Source: Streptosporangiales bacterium
GTDB lineage: Bacteria; Actinomycetota; Actinomycetes; Streptosporangiales; WHST01
Length of the DNA stretch: 64,000 nt
Assembly: GCA_050698355.1 (NCBI GenBank)
Contig: JBOHBN010000006.1
Location: forward strand, 13,277 to 77,276
Direction of reading: 5' to 3'
Shown: piece after piece, positions 45,414 through 54,172 of the stretch
How the letters are laid out: the number at the start of each line of letters is the position of its first letter
Numbering within the stretch: position 1 is the first letter of the stretch
The notes under the pieces: generated by a model
What the model saw: the letters and a program-made list of their open reading frames with translations, nothing else
Told to the model about the DNA's origin: nothing
Database searches by the model: none
Program-made: the position numbers and the translations under genes

Positions 45414-46389
45414 ATGCGGTTCTTGTTCACCACCTGGTTCGGAGCGGGCAACCAGGTACCGACGATCGGGCTCGCGCAGAAGCTCGCTGCCCGCGGCCGT
45501 GACGTTTGCATCGCCGGGTACGCGAGTCAGCGCTCGCGGTTCGAAGGGCTCGGATTCGAGGTCACCGTCCTGGAGCGGCGCAGAGAACGACTACCGCGCG
45601 AACACGCCGCCCGAGCATGTGATCGCCGAGCTCGTACGCGGCGTCTGGGCCAGCCACGAGCAGGTGCTCGACATCCGTGAGTTGCTCGACCGGCAACGCT
45701 GCGACGTCGTCGTCGCCGACTGCATGATGTTCGGCGCGCTCGCCGTACTCGGCGGGTTCGGGTGCCGACCGCCGTGCTCGTGCACAGTGCACCCGGCGCG
45801 CTCATGCCGCCGGGCGGTCCCGGTGAGCCGCTCGTACTCGCACCGGTCAACGAGCTGCGCACCGCCACCGGCTGCGCGCCGGTCGACAGCCTCTGGTCGG
45901 CCTGGGCACCGTTCCCCACCCTGTGTGCGACCATTCCCGCCCTCGATCATCTGGCCACCGAGGTGCCGCCGTCGTTTCACTACGTCGGCCCGTTCTTCGA
46001 GCGCACAGAGCCGTCCACGCCACTGCCGTGGCCGCTCGGTGACCCGCGTCCCCTGGTCATGGCGAGCGTTTCCACCGGGTACGCGTGGGACCAGAGGTCG
46101 CGCCTCGACCGGACGCTCGAGGGGCTGGCCGATGCCACCCGCTACCGTGACCCACGCCGGTCACGGCACACTCGCGGCGTCCCTCGCGCACGGCATTCCA
46201 ATCGTGGCGTTGCCGAACCCCGCGGCCGACCAGCCGGCGCTGGCCGCGCGGGTCGCCGAGCTCGGCGCGGGTGTCGCCCTGGACGGCGAGGCCGCCACCC
46301 CGACGGAGATCCGAGCCGCCGTCGACACCGTGCTCGCTTCTGGCAGCTACAGCGCGGCCGCCGACCTGGTCGAGCGCATTGGGCGTTGA
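45414..46389 (+). pseudogene. GT1-family (MGT/UDP-glycosyltransferase-like) gene with multiple frameshifts and a deletion
   Basis: Pieces sit in different frames: MRFLFTTWFGAGNQVPTIGLAQKLAARGRDVCIAGY...; ...EHVIAELVRGVWASHEQVLDIRELLDRQRCDVVVADCMMFGALA; MPTAVLVHSAPG...FHYVGPF...; ...TVTHAGHGTLAASLAHGIPIVALPNPAADQPALAARVAELGAG. Confidence 0.6.
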
Positions 46390-46485
46390 CGGTGAGGACG
46401 TCCTAGTCACCTTGCCACCCGGCACGCGTCGACGGAGACTGGCAGTCTCGCGGGAGTTTCCGATGGCGTGGAGGCGAAAGCCGGG

Positions 46486-46731
46486 ATGGACGACAGCCAG
46501 ATCCTGGATACGATCCACCGGCTCGTCGAGGACGAGCATGAGGCACGTGAGCAGCGACGCGCCGGGCAGCTCAGCCGAGACGGTGAACGGCAGGCGCTGG
46601 GGCGTCTGGAAGAGACGCTTGACCAGTGCTGGGACCTGCTCAGGCAGCGGCGCGCGCGTGCCGACGTCGGCGAGGACCCTGATGCGGCCGCGACGCGGCC
46701 GGTCAGCGAAGTGGAGGGCTACCAGCAGTGA
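46486..46731 (+). CDS. DUF2630-family protein
   Basis: MDDSQILDTIHRLVEDEHEAR...LDQCWDLLRQRRARADVGEDPDAAATRPVSEVEGYQQ. Confidence 0.7.
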   Translation: MDDSQILDTIHRLVEDEHEAREQRRAGQLSRDGERQALGRLEETLDQCWDLLRQRRARADVGEDPDAAATRPVSEVEGYQQ

Positions 46732-47204
46732 CCGACGACAGGGCACCGATCAGCGCGGACGAACGGCGCGGGCTCGAGCAGGAGCTCGCCACCTTGCGGG
46801 GCGAACGCGAGGAGCTCGCCACGTCGTTGCGGGGAACGGACGCGGCGGGTGATACCGGCGACCAGGCCAACCGGATGGAGCGGGCCATGCAGATGGATCC
46901 GCTCGATGGCCGCATTCGCGAGATCGACGACCGACTCAGGTACGCGGGTACCGCTGCGCCGTCCAGCGGCGACGTCATCGGCGTGGGCAGCGCGGTCGAC
47001 GTACGGTTCGCCGACGGCGCGGAGGAGACACTGCACGTCGGCGACGTACCGGAAGAGGCCGACCAGACGCTGGTGACCGCGGACAGCCCGCTCGGCCAGG
47101 CGCTACTCGGCAGCCGTGCCGGCGACACGGTCACCTACGAGGCGCCGGACGGGCAGGAGACCGTCGTGGTGGCTTCCCTGCGTCAGCCGCGCTCGGAGGC
47201 GTGA
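46728..47204 (+). CDS. GreA/GreB-family (Rnk-like) transcription factor
   Basis: GTG overlaps the upstream stop (GTGA). N-terminal coiled coil (LEQELATLRGEREEL). C-terminal FKBP-like domain (IGVGSAVDVRF...TLVTADSPLGQALLGSRAGDTVTYEAPDG). Confidence 0.8.
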   Translation: MTDDRAPISADERRGLEQELATLRGEREELATSLRGTDAAGDTGDQANRMERAMQMDPLDGRIREIDDRLRYAGTAAPSSGDVIGVGSAVDVRFADGAEETLHVGDVPEEADQTLVTADSPLGQALLGSRAGDTVTYEAPDGQETVVVASLRQPRSEA

Positions 47205-47374
47205 GCGGCCGAAATAGGCGCCCGCGGCGAGCCCTGTCAGGCGGCCGGGTGGCCTTGGTCGCGCTCCCTCCGCTCAGCGCGTCGATCGCTGGCGAGAACT
47301 CTCTGTATGCCCGGGTTTGGGGCGGCGTGTGCCGCGTTGAGCCTGCCTTCCGCTTCCGCTGCCGCGTCGACACC

Positions 47375-47839
47375 GTAAAAGTCCCATTCGGTTACGCGTA
47401 CTTCGGCCCGCCAGACACGGTGCGCGAGGCGTTCTTCAACAACGTCGCCCCGCGAGTGTTCCGCACGGCGAAGCCGAATTTCAACAACGATCCGTGCGGC
47501 GATGCGTTCTCCTTCACAGCCGCTGTAAAGGCCGACAAGGCGCACCTGGACGAGATCAATGTGCCGGTACTGTTGGTGTTCGGTCGGGCCGATGCGCTGT
47601 TCCCACCGCCGACCGGTCAGCAGCAGGCCGCCCGGTTCACCGGCAGCGACTCGGTGAGTCTGGCCACCATTCCGACCGCCGCGCACGCGATCGTGCTGGA
47701 ACGCACCCGTCGGCAAGCCCAGCGCACTGTTTCCCGCTGGCTGCACCGGCACATCGAGCGTCAGTACCACGGGGGGTTCAACCTCGTGGTGACTACGCCT
47801 GCCTTCCCGCGCCGACCTGGTGCCGGGGAAGGGAGCTAG
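47375..47839 (+). pseudogene. C-terminal fragment of an alpha/beta hydrolase (no nucleophile-elbow region)
   Basis: INVPVLLVFGRADALFPP...LATIPTAAHAIVLERTRR is a typical C-terminal acid/His segment. The upstream part of the ORF is non-homologous and R-rich. Confidence 0.4.
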
Positions 47840-47935
47840 CCGTGTTGGAAAGGGCACAGGTGCAAACCGAGCCCGTGTATGGAACAACCGTGCGTGCCGC
47901 GATAACGAAAGCCCTCACTGGGTAGAACACCTGGT

Positions 47936-48373
47936 ATGGCACTCGTGACCAGTTCTGGGTTCTCGCACGTACGACTCACCGTCACCGACATTGCGCGGTC
48001 GAAGGCCTTCTATGATGAGGTATTCGGCTGGCCAGTGGTCATCGACGCCTCCGGCTCAGTCGACGAACCGGGCGTGCGAGACTCGCAGGAAAGGTACTAC
48101 GGCGGCACGGTCTACCAGACACCACAAGGCACACTGTTCGGCCTGCGGCCGGTCGGCCGCACCGGTTTCGACTCCCAGCACACCGGGCTGGACCACGTCA
48201 GCTTCGCCGTAACATCGCGCGCCGACCTCGATGAAGCCGCGGCAGCACTGAGCGGTGCCGGTGTCGCGCACGGGGAGGTCATCAGCCTTACTGATGCCCG
48301 CATCGCGATCTTGTCATTTCAAGATCCCGACGACATCAACGTCGAACTGACCGCACCGCTGAAAGACGGATGA
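47936..48373 (+). CDS. VOC/glyoxalase-family protein
   Basis: FSHVRLTVTDIARSKAFYDEVFGW...GLDHVSFAV...ILSFQDPDDINVEL. Confidence 0.85.
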   Translation: MALVTSSGFSHVRLTVTDIARSKAFYDEVFGWPVVIDASGSVDEPGVRDSQERYYGGTVYQTPQGTLFGLRPVGRTGFDSQHTGLDHVSFAVTSRADLDEAAAALSGAGVAHGEVISLTDARIAILSFQDPDDINVELTAPLKDG

Positions 48374-48386
48374 GCCTTGACAGCCA

Positions 48387-48473
48387 ACTTCCCACGGTGA
48401 GTTCCTGCTTCCCACGGCCTGCAGGCCATGGGAAGCAGGAAATGAGTTACATACCGTGATCATTTCGGGCTGG
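48387..48473 (+). repeat. Family B hairpin repeat, copy 2, with both shared flanks
   Basis: ACTTCCCACGGTGAGTTCCTGCTTCCCACGGCCTGCAGGCCATGGGAAGCAGGAAATGAGTT...TGATCATTTCGGGCTG. Confidence 0.8.
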
Positions 48474-48511
48474 CTCACCGGCGGCGCGGGCGGGTCGAGC
48501 TGGGAGGCGAG

Positions 48512-49804
48512 ATGTCCGGACGCAGGCGGCGAACAGCTACCGAACGTCCGCCGCCCGGCCCGTTCCATCCGGGATTCTGGCGGAGCCCGCTGCGCGGGCC
48601 GTGGTTGACCTCGCTGCTCGGGCTCGTCCTGCTGGCCGGCATTGCCACGCTGTTCATCACCGGGCTGCTGTCGTACGCGGCGTACAACCCCGACCTGGCC
48701 GGCGGTCACAACGACACCACGCCGGACAGCGGGTTCCTCGGCTTCGTGGCCTTCGCATGGCCGACGCACCCGGTATGGCTGTACAGGCTTACCCAGGGCG
48801 TGCACGTGATCGGCGGGCTGACCCTGGTTCCGGTGTTGCTGGCCAAGCTGTGGTCGGTCATCCCGAGGTTGTTCGCGTGGCCTCCTGTTCGCTCGCCGGC
48901 TCAACTGATCGAACGCGCGAGCCTGCTGCTGCTCGTCGGTGGTGCGCTTTTCGAGTTCGTCACGGGCATCTTGGATATCCAGTACTGGTACGTGTTCCCG
49001 GTTCGCTTCTATGACGCGCATTTCTACGGTGCCTGGGTCTTCATCGGCGCGTTCGTCGTGCACGTCGGGATACGGCTGCCGCGGATGGTGCGGACGCTCC
49101 GCTCACGGAGCCTGCGCAAGACCCTGCGTACCGACGCTGCCGCCACCCGTCCCGAGCCGCCCGATGCGACCGGCCTTGTGACACCCGCCCCGGCAGGGGC
49201 CACGATGAGCAGGCGTGGGTTGCTCGGCCTGGTCGCGGGCAGCTCGGCGCTGATCGCCGTGCTGTCGGCGGGCCAGACGGTCGGTGGGCCGTTCCGGCGC
49301 GCTGCGCTGCTGGCTCCCCGTAGCGGGCCCTACGGGAGCGGGCCGAACGGGTTCGCGGTGAACAAGACCGCCGCGTACCGGGGCGTCACCCGCAAGCAAA
49401 CGGGATCGTCGTGGCGGCTGGAGCTGCGCGGTAACCGGACGGTACGGCTGTCGCGCGCGGACGTCCTGGACATGCCGCAGCACACCGAGCGGTTGCCGAT
49501 CGCCTGCGTCGAGGGATGGTCGACAGTGCAGGACTGGACCGGCGTGCGGCTGCGTGATCTGGCCGCGCTGGCCGGCACGCCGGGGCCGGGCAGCGTACTC
49601 GTGGAGTCGCTGCAGCAAAGTGGCGCGTTCGGAGCGGCCGTCCTGCGGCGCAACCAGATCCTTGATCCCGCTTCGCTTCTGGCGTTGCGGGTGAACGGGG
49701 GAGACCTGTCCATGGACCACGGGTACCCGGCCCGGGTCATCGTGCCGAACAACCCTGGCGTGCACCAGACCAAGTGGGTGTCGCGGATGAGCTTTCGGAG
49801 CTGA
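48512..49804 (+). CDS. Membrane-anchored molybdopterin-dependent oxidoreductase (sulfite-oxidase / MsrP-like domain fused to an N-terminal multi-TM domain)
   Basis: About 200 aa N-terminal with 4-5 TM helices. C-terminal LPIACVEGWSTVQDWTGVRLRDL...NGGDLSMDHGYPARVIVPNNPGVHQTKWV. Confidence 0.8.
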   Translation: MSGRRRRTATERPPPGPFHPGFWRSPLRGPWLTSLLGLVLLAGIATLFITGLLSYAAYNPDLAGGHNDTTPDSGFLGFVAFAWPTHPVWLYRLTQGVHVIGGLTLVPVLLAKLWSVIPRLFAWPPVRSPAQLIERASLLLLVGGALFEFVTGILDIQYWYVFPVRFYDAHFYGAWVFIGAFVVHVGIRLPRMVRTLRSRSLRKTLRTDAAATRPEPPDATGLVTPAPAGATMSRRGLLGLVAGSSALIAVLSAGQTVGGPFRRAALLAPRSGPYGSGPNGFAVNKTAAYRGVTRKQTGSSWRLELRGNRTVRLSRADVLDMPQHTERLPIACVEGWSTVQDWTGVRLRDLAALAGTPGPGSVLVESLQQSGAFGAAVLRRNQILDPASLLALRVNGGDLSMDHGYPARVIVPNNPGVHQTKWVSRMSFRS

Positions 49805-49809
49805 GCGAC

Positions 49810-50385
49810 ATGCTGCGCCGCCTCCTCGGTTGGTACGGGTCCGGCCCGCTGCACCTGGTCGCTCTGCTCGCCGCGTTCAGCTTGGCCGGGTACGCCGCCA
49901 CCCGGTTCGTTCCCGCGAACCCCGCGGGTGTCGCGGTGTGGTTCGTGGGCGCGGTAGTCGGTCACGACCTGGTCCTGTTGCCCCTCTACAGCCTCGCCGA
50001 CCGCTCGGTCACCGCAGTGCTGCGTCACCGCACCGGCGGTTCGCTCTCCCCGCGTTCTCGACGCTGGCTCAACCACGTACGGGTGCCTGCGGTGATGTCC
50101 GCCTTGCTGTTCCTGGTGTTCTTCCCACTGATCGTGCGGCTGTCGCCCAACTTCTCCGGCATCACCGGACGGTCGACGGATCCGTACCTCGGTCGGTGGC
50201 TGCTCGTCACGGGGATCCTGTTCGCCATCTCGGGAGTAGTGCTCGCGTTGCGGATGCGGCGTGGTTCACCAGTTGATGAGGAGCAGGTGTTGCAGGAGGA
50301 GGGCGGTAGTGACCTGGACGGCGAGCCAGAGCCGCGGCCGCGGCAGCAGGGCGCAGGCGGGAACGAGCCAGAGCGCGAACGGTAG
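49810..50385 (+). CDS. Hypothetical membrane protein
   Basis: Four hydrophobic segments (LHLVALLAAFSLAGYAA, VAVWFVGAVVGHDLVLLPLY, VPAVMSALLFLVFFPLIV, WLLVTGILFAISGVVLAL). Its 3' tail overlaps the convergent gene by 120 nt. Confidence 0.5.
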   Translation: MLRRLLGWYGSGPLHLVALLAAFSLAGYAATRFVPANPAGVAVWFVGAVVGHDLVLLPLYSLADRSVTAVLRHRTGGSLSPRSRRWLNHVRVPAVMSALLFLVFFPLIVRLSPNFSGITGRSTDPYLGRWLLVTGILFAISGVVLALRMRRGSPVDEEQVLQEEGGSDLDGEPEPRPRQQGAGGNEPERER

Positions 50386-51645
50386 CCAGATCCGCGCCAC
50401 CTCGCCCTTGCTGAGCCCGGAGATGGTGGCGACCGCGAGTGCAAGCGCCGCACCGAGCACCACCGCGGCCAGACCCCAACCCGGTGTCCGGCACCTGGTG
50501 CGCGCGGCGGTCACCGCCTGTACGCCGGTCCGGCGCAGGCCGGCCGCCATGGCGGGGCCGGTGCACAGTACGAGCGCGGCCACGTTCGCCCACACCCAGT
50601 ACGCGTACGGCCGCTCGCCGCCGACTCCCTGGTGGTAGCGGATCACGAGATGCTGATACCCGTCCCACCACCAGAAACCGGCGGCCGTCACGGCGACGAC
50701 CACGGCGGCGACGGCAGCGAGCGCGACGAGCCCGGGTCGCACTCGCCGCCCCGCGAGCAGGACCGCACCCGCGATGGCGGCGACGAGGACCAGGCCGTAC
50801 GACAGGTAGACGGTGTAGCCGAACAGCAGCCCGGATCCCACAGCGGCGAGGTCTCCGCGCACGCCGGACGCGTGGGTCGCGACGGCGAGCAGCGCGATGC
50901 CCCACGCGGAGACCGCGAGGAAGAAGGCGTCGGCGGACACCCCGATCCAAAGCGCGGCCGGGACGACGACGAGGTACGGCGCCGCTGACCGGGCCATCTG
51001 CTCGCCGGCCAGGCTGTGCAACGCGATCGCGACCGCGACGCATGCCGATGACCCGGCGAGCATGCACACCGCAGCGGCCCAGCCGCCGCCGCCCAGGCCC
51101 ACGCGATCCAGCAGTACGAAGAACTCCAATGCACCGGGCGGATGGCCGGCCACATGTGTCGCCCACGAATCCGGCTGCCCGTGGATGATCCGGCCGGCAT
51201 AGGTCGATAGCAGTTGCAGCGGCGGTGGTGCGTCGGCCACCTCGGTCAGGTACTCGCCATGGCTGGCCAGGCGCGTCGCCAGCCTCGACCAGCCGTCCAC
51301 GAGACCGAGTGCGAACACCCACGATGCCGACGTCACGTACGCGGCGAGGAGCAGCCACCGCCAGCCGAGCCGGTGTGCAATCGCCGGCCCCCAACCGACC
51401 ACGAGGACGGCGATCGCCACGGCTGCCGGCGTCGTTGGGGCAACCCGCGGTTGCCACGCGGCGAGTAATGGTGCGGCATTCGGCGCGTGCAAGGGAACAC
51501 CGCGGACATTGAGTGCGGCACCGACCAGGAAGGCGACGGCGACGAGCACCAGGGCCACTGCGAACCAGGTGAGATCCAGGGTGGCGCCGGAGAGCGCGGA
51601 CCGCGGCCCGCGGGAAGGACGCGACGCGGGCACCGGGTGACTCAC
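50266..51645 (-). CDS. Polytopic integral membrane protein (possible GT-C-type glycosyltransferase)
   Basis: More than 10 predicted TM helices. Divergent from an epimerase / GT2 / DUF2064 operon. The GTG start at 51645 is tentative. Confidence 0.55.
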   Translation of the reverse strand: MSHPVPASRPSRGPRSALSGATLDLTWFAVALVLVAVAFLVGAALNVRGVPLHAPNAAPLLAAWQPRVAPTTPAAVAIAVLVVGWGPAIAHRLGWRWLLLAAYVTSASWVFALGLVDGWSRLATRLASHGEYLTEVADAPPPLQLLSTYAGRIIHGQPDSWATHVAGHPPGALEFFVLLDRVGLGGGGWAAAVCMLAGSSACVAVAIALHSLAGEQMARSAAPYLVVVPAALWIGVSADAFFLAVSAWGIALLAVATHASGVRGDLAAVGSGLLFGYTVYLSYGLVLVAAIAGAVLLAGRRVRPGLVALAAVAAVVVAVTAAGFWWWDGYQHLVIRYHQGVGGERPYAYWVWANVAALVLCTGPAMAAGLRRTGVQAVTAARTRCRTPGWGLAAVVLGAALALAVATISGLSKGEVARIWLPFALWLVPACALLPRPRLWLAVQVTTALLLQHLLLINW

Positions 51646-51745
51646 CGCGGTCAGTCTATGCGACCGCGTGGGGTTGTGCGGTTGGTGAGCATTTCGCCTC
51701 GCTCGGCTCGTATGCCCACGACGGATTGTGGGTACGTTCACCAGC

Positions 51746-52780
51746 ATGCGCGTACTCGTCACCGGCGGCGCCGGGTTCATCGGCTCGCACGTGGTGACGG
51801 CGCTCGCTTCTGCGGGCCACGACGTTCGCATCCTGGATCTCGCGGCGGACGCCGTGGACGGCGGGCACGACCGGCTGACCGGCGACGTACGTGACGAGGC
51901 GACCGTCGCGCGCGCTCTTGCCGGTGTGCAAGCCGTGGTGCACTTGGCGGGGTTGGTGGGGCTCGAGGCCGACTTGGGTACTGACCTGCCTGCATACGCA
52001 GGACACAACGATCTCGGCACCGCGGTGCTCCTGGGGGGAATGATCCGCCAGCGCGTACCGCGCCTGGTGCTCGCGTCGAGCATGGTGGTGTACGGGGAGG
52101 GTCGCTACCGCTGCCCCACGCACGGCGAGGGCCGTCCATTGCCGCGAGCGGAGGAGGATCTCGCGGCTGGACGGTTCGAGCCGCGGTGTGAGCGCTGCAT
52201 GACTCCGGTGGAGTATGTGCCGGCGACCGAGCAGGACCCGCTCGATCCGCGTAGTGCGTACGCCGCAACGAAGGTGGCGCAAGAGCACCTCGCGAGCGTC
52301 TGGGCCCGGGAGAGCGGCAACAGCGCCTTCGCGTTGCGGTACCACAACGTTTACGGCCCGGGGATGCCGCGCAACACCTCGTACGCGGGCGTCGCGAGCA
52401 TCATGTGCTCGGCGCTGAGACGTGGCGAGCCCGCGCAGGTTTTCGAAGATGGTGGGCAGAGACGCGACTTCGTGCACGTGCGCGACGTCGCCGCCGCAAC
52501 TGCCGTGGCGGTCGACGCGACGGGCACAGCAACAGGACTGCACGCGTACAACGTCGCGAGCGGCGAGCCGCACACGATCGGGGAGCTCGCGACCGAGCTG
52601 ACGCGCGCGCTCGACGGCCCGACGCCGGTGGTGACCGGCGAGTACCGTCTTGGTGACGTGCGGCACCTTGTCGCCACGCCGGAACGGGCAGAACGCGAGC
52701 TGCGGTTCCGGGCGCGGGTGCCGTTCGCCGCGGGCATCGCCGACCTCGCGAGCGAGCTGTCCGAGCCCTCGGCGCGTTGA
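51746..52780 (+). CDS. NAD-dependent epimerase/dehydratase (extended SDR)
   Basis: MRVLVTGGAGFIGSHV...YAATKVAQE (YxxxK). Unusual Cys-containing insert (RYRCPTHG...EPRCERC). Confidence 0.9.
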   Translation: MRVLVTGGAGFIGSHVVTALASAGHDVRILDLAADAVDGGHDRLTGDVRDEATVARALAGVQAVVHLAGLVGLEADLGTDLPAYAGHNDLGTAVLLGGMIRQRVPRLVLASSMVVYGEGRYRCPTHGEGRPLPRAEEDLAAGRFEPRCERCMTPVEYVPATEQDPLDPRSAYAATKVAQEHLASVWARESGNSAFALRYHNVYGPGMPRNTSYAGVASIMCSALRRGEPAQVFEDGGQRRDFVHVRDVAAATAVAVDATGTATGLHAYNVASGEPHTIGELATELTRALDGPTPVVTGEYRLGDVRHLVATPERAERELRFRARVPFAAGIADLASELSEPSAR

Positions 52781-52783
52781 ACC

Positions 52784-53431
52784 GTGGCCGTAGACGTCGT
52801 CCTGCCGTGCCTCGACGAGGCCGCGGCGCTCGGCTGGGTCATCGATCGCATGCCGGCCGGGTACCACGCGGTCGTGGCGGACAACGGCTCGCGCGATGGT
52901 TCGGCCGCGATCGCTGCGGCCCGCGGTGCCGACGTCGTCACCGTCCCGCAACGCGGCTTCGGCGCGGCGTGCCACGCCGGGCTGCTCGCCGCCAGCACCG
53001 ACGTCGTATGCGTCATGGACGCCGATGCGTCCCTCGACCCGGCCGAGCTGCCACGTGTCGCCGGCCCGGTCCTCGACGGCAGCGCCGACCTCGTGCTTGG
53101 TCGGAGGAACGCGCCGCGGGGTACGTTCCCGCCGCACGCGCGGGTGGCCAACGCCGTCCTCGCCTGCGCGCTCGGCATGCGTACCGGCGTGCGTGTGCAC
53201 GACCTCGGTCCGATGCGTGCGGGCAGACGAGCCGCGCTGCTCGACCTCGACCTGCGCGACCGGCGGTTCGGGTACCCGCTTGAAATGCTGCTGCGCGCCG
53301 GCCAGCGAGGCTGGCGCGTCGACGAGGTGCCGGTCGGTTATCGCCTCCGCGCTGGGCGCTCGAAGGTAACCGGCACGGTGCGCGGGACATTGCGGACCAT
53401 CCACGACATGGCGCGGGTGCTCGCCACATGA
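52784..53431 (+). CDS. Glycosyltransferase family 2
   Basis: VVLPCLDEAAALG...VADNGSRDGS...VMDADASLDP (DxD). Confidence 0.85.
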   Translation: MAVDVVLPCLDEAAALGWVIDRMPAGYHAVVADNGSRDGSAAIAAARGADVVTVPQRGFGAACHAGLLAASTDVVCVMDADASLDPAELPRVAGPVLDGSADLVLGRRNAPRGTFPPHARVANAVLACALGMRTGVRVHDLGPMRAGRRAALLDLDLRDRRFGYPLEMLLRAGQRGWRVDEVPVGYRLRAGRSKVTGTVRGTLRTIHDMARVLAT

Positions 53432-54165
53432 GGGCCGGGCCGGACACGGAGTTCGTTGGGGTCCAGATCCTGGTCCTTGCCAAGCGCCCCCGCCCGGGCC
53501 GGGTGAAGACGCGGCTGATCCCCGCGTACACGGCACCGCAGGCCGCCGCGCTCGCTGCCGCGGCCCTCGCGGACACGCTGGACGCCGTCGCCGACACCCG
53601 GTGCGCGGCGCGGGTACTGGCCTTCGACGACTCGCCCGACGGCTGGCTGCCGGCGGGTTTCACCTTCGTGCGTCAGCGCGGTGACGGGCTGGCGGAACGG
53701 CTGAACAACGCCATCGCCGACGCCCACGCCCGAAACCCGCTGCCGACCCTGCTCGTGGGCATGGATACCCCGCAACTGGACGCAGGCAAGCTCACCGGCG
53801 CCGCCCGTAGATTGGTCTCCGGTCCGTACGATGCGGTGCTCGGCCCGGCGACCGACGGCGGTTTCTGGGCGATCGGGATGGGATCGCCGCATCCGGACGC
53901 GTTCAGCAGGGTGCCGATGTCCACCGCGACCACCTGTCGTGCGCAACTCCAGCAACTCACCCGGCTCGGCTTCCGGGTCAGCGAGCTACCGCCGCTCACC
54001 GACGTCGACGACGCGACTACGGCGACGGCCGTCGCCGCGAGCGCGCCGGGCAGCAGGTTCGCTGCACGCCTCGCGACATTCCAGAACGCCGAGCACCCGT
54101 CCACGGACGGGACCGCTCGCCGCGTACGGACCGGCGACGAGCGCCGACCTGTACGCGTGCCATGA
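53428..54165 (+). CDS. DUF2064 / TIGR04282-family glycosyltransferase-like protein
   Basis: ATGA overlap with GT2. ILVLAKRPRPGRVKTRL...LLVGMDTPQL...GPATDGGFWAIGM. Confidence 0.75.
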   Translation: MRAGPDTEFVGVQILVLAKRPRPGRVKTRLIPAYTAPQAAALAAAALADTLDAVADTRCAARVLAFDDSPDGWLPAGFTFVRQRGDGLAERLNNAIADAHARNPLPTLLVGMDTPQLDAGKLTGAARRLVSGPYDAVLGPATDGGFWAIGMGSPHPDAFSRVPMSTATTCRAQLQQLTRLGFRVSELPPLTDVDDATTATAVAASAPGSRFAARLATFQNAEHPSTDGTARRVRTGDERRPVRVP

Positions 54166-54172
54166 TCACGGC

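Noticed and set aside
51646-52083. N-terminal 146-aa extension of the 605-aa membrane-protein ORF
   Set aside because: The extension is antisense to the epimerase gene start (51746) and is S/R/P/T-rich. The hydrophobic protein proper begins after about 51645.
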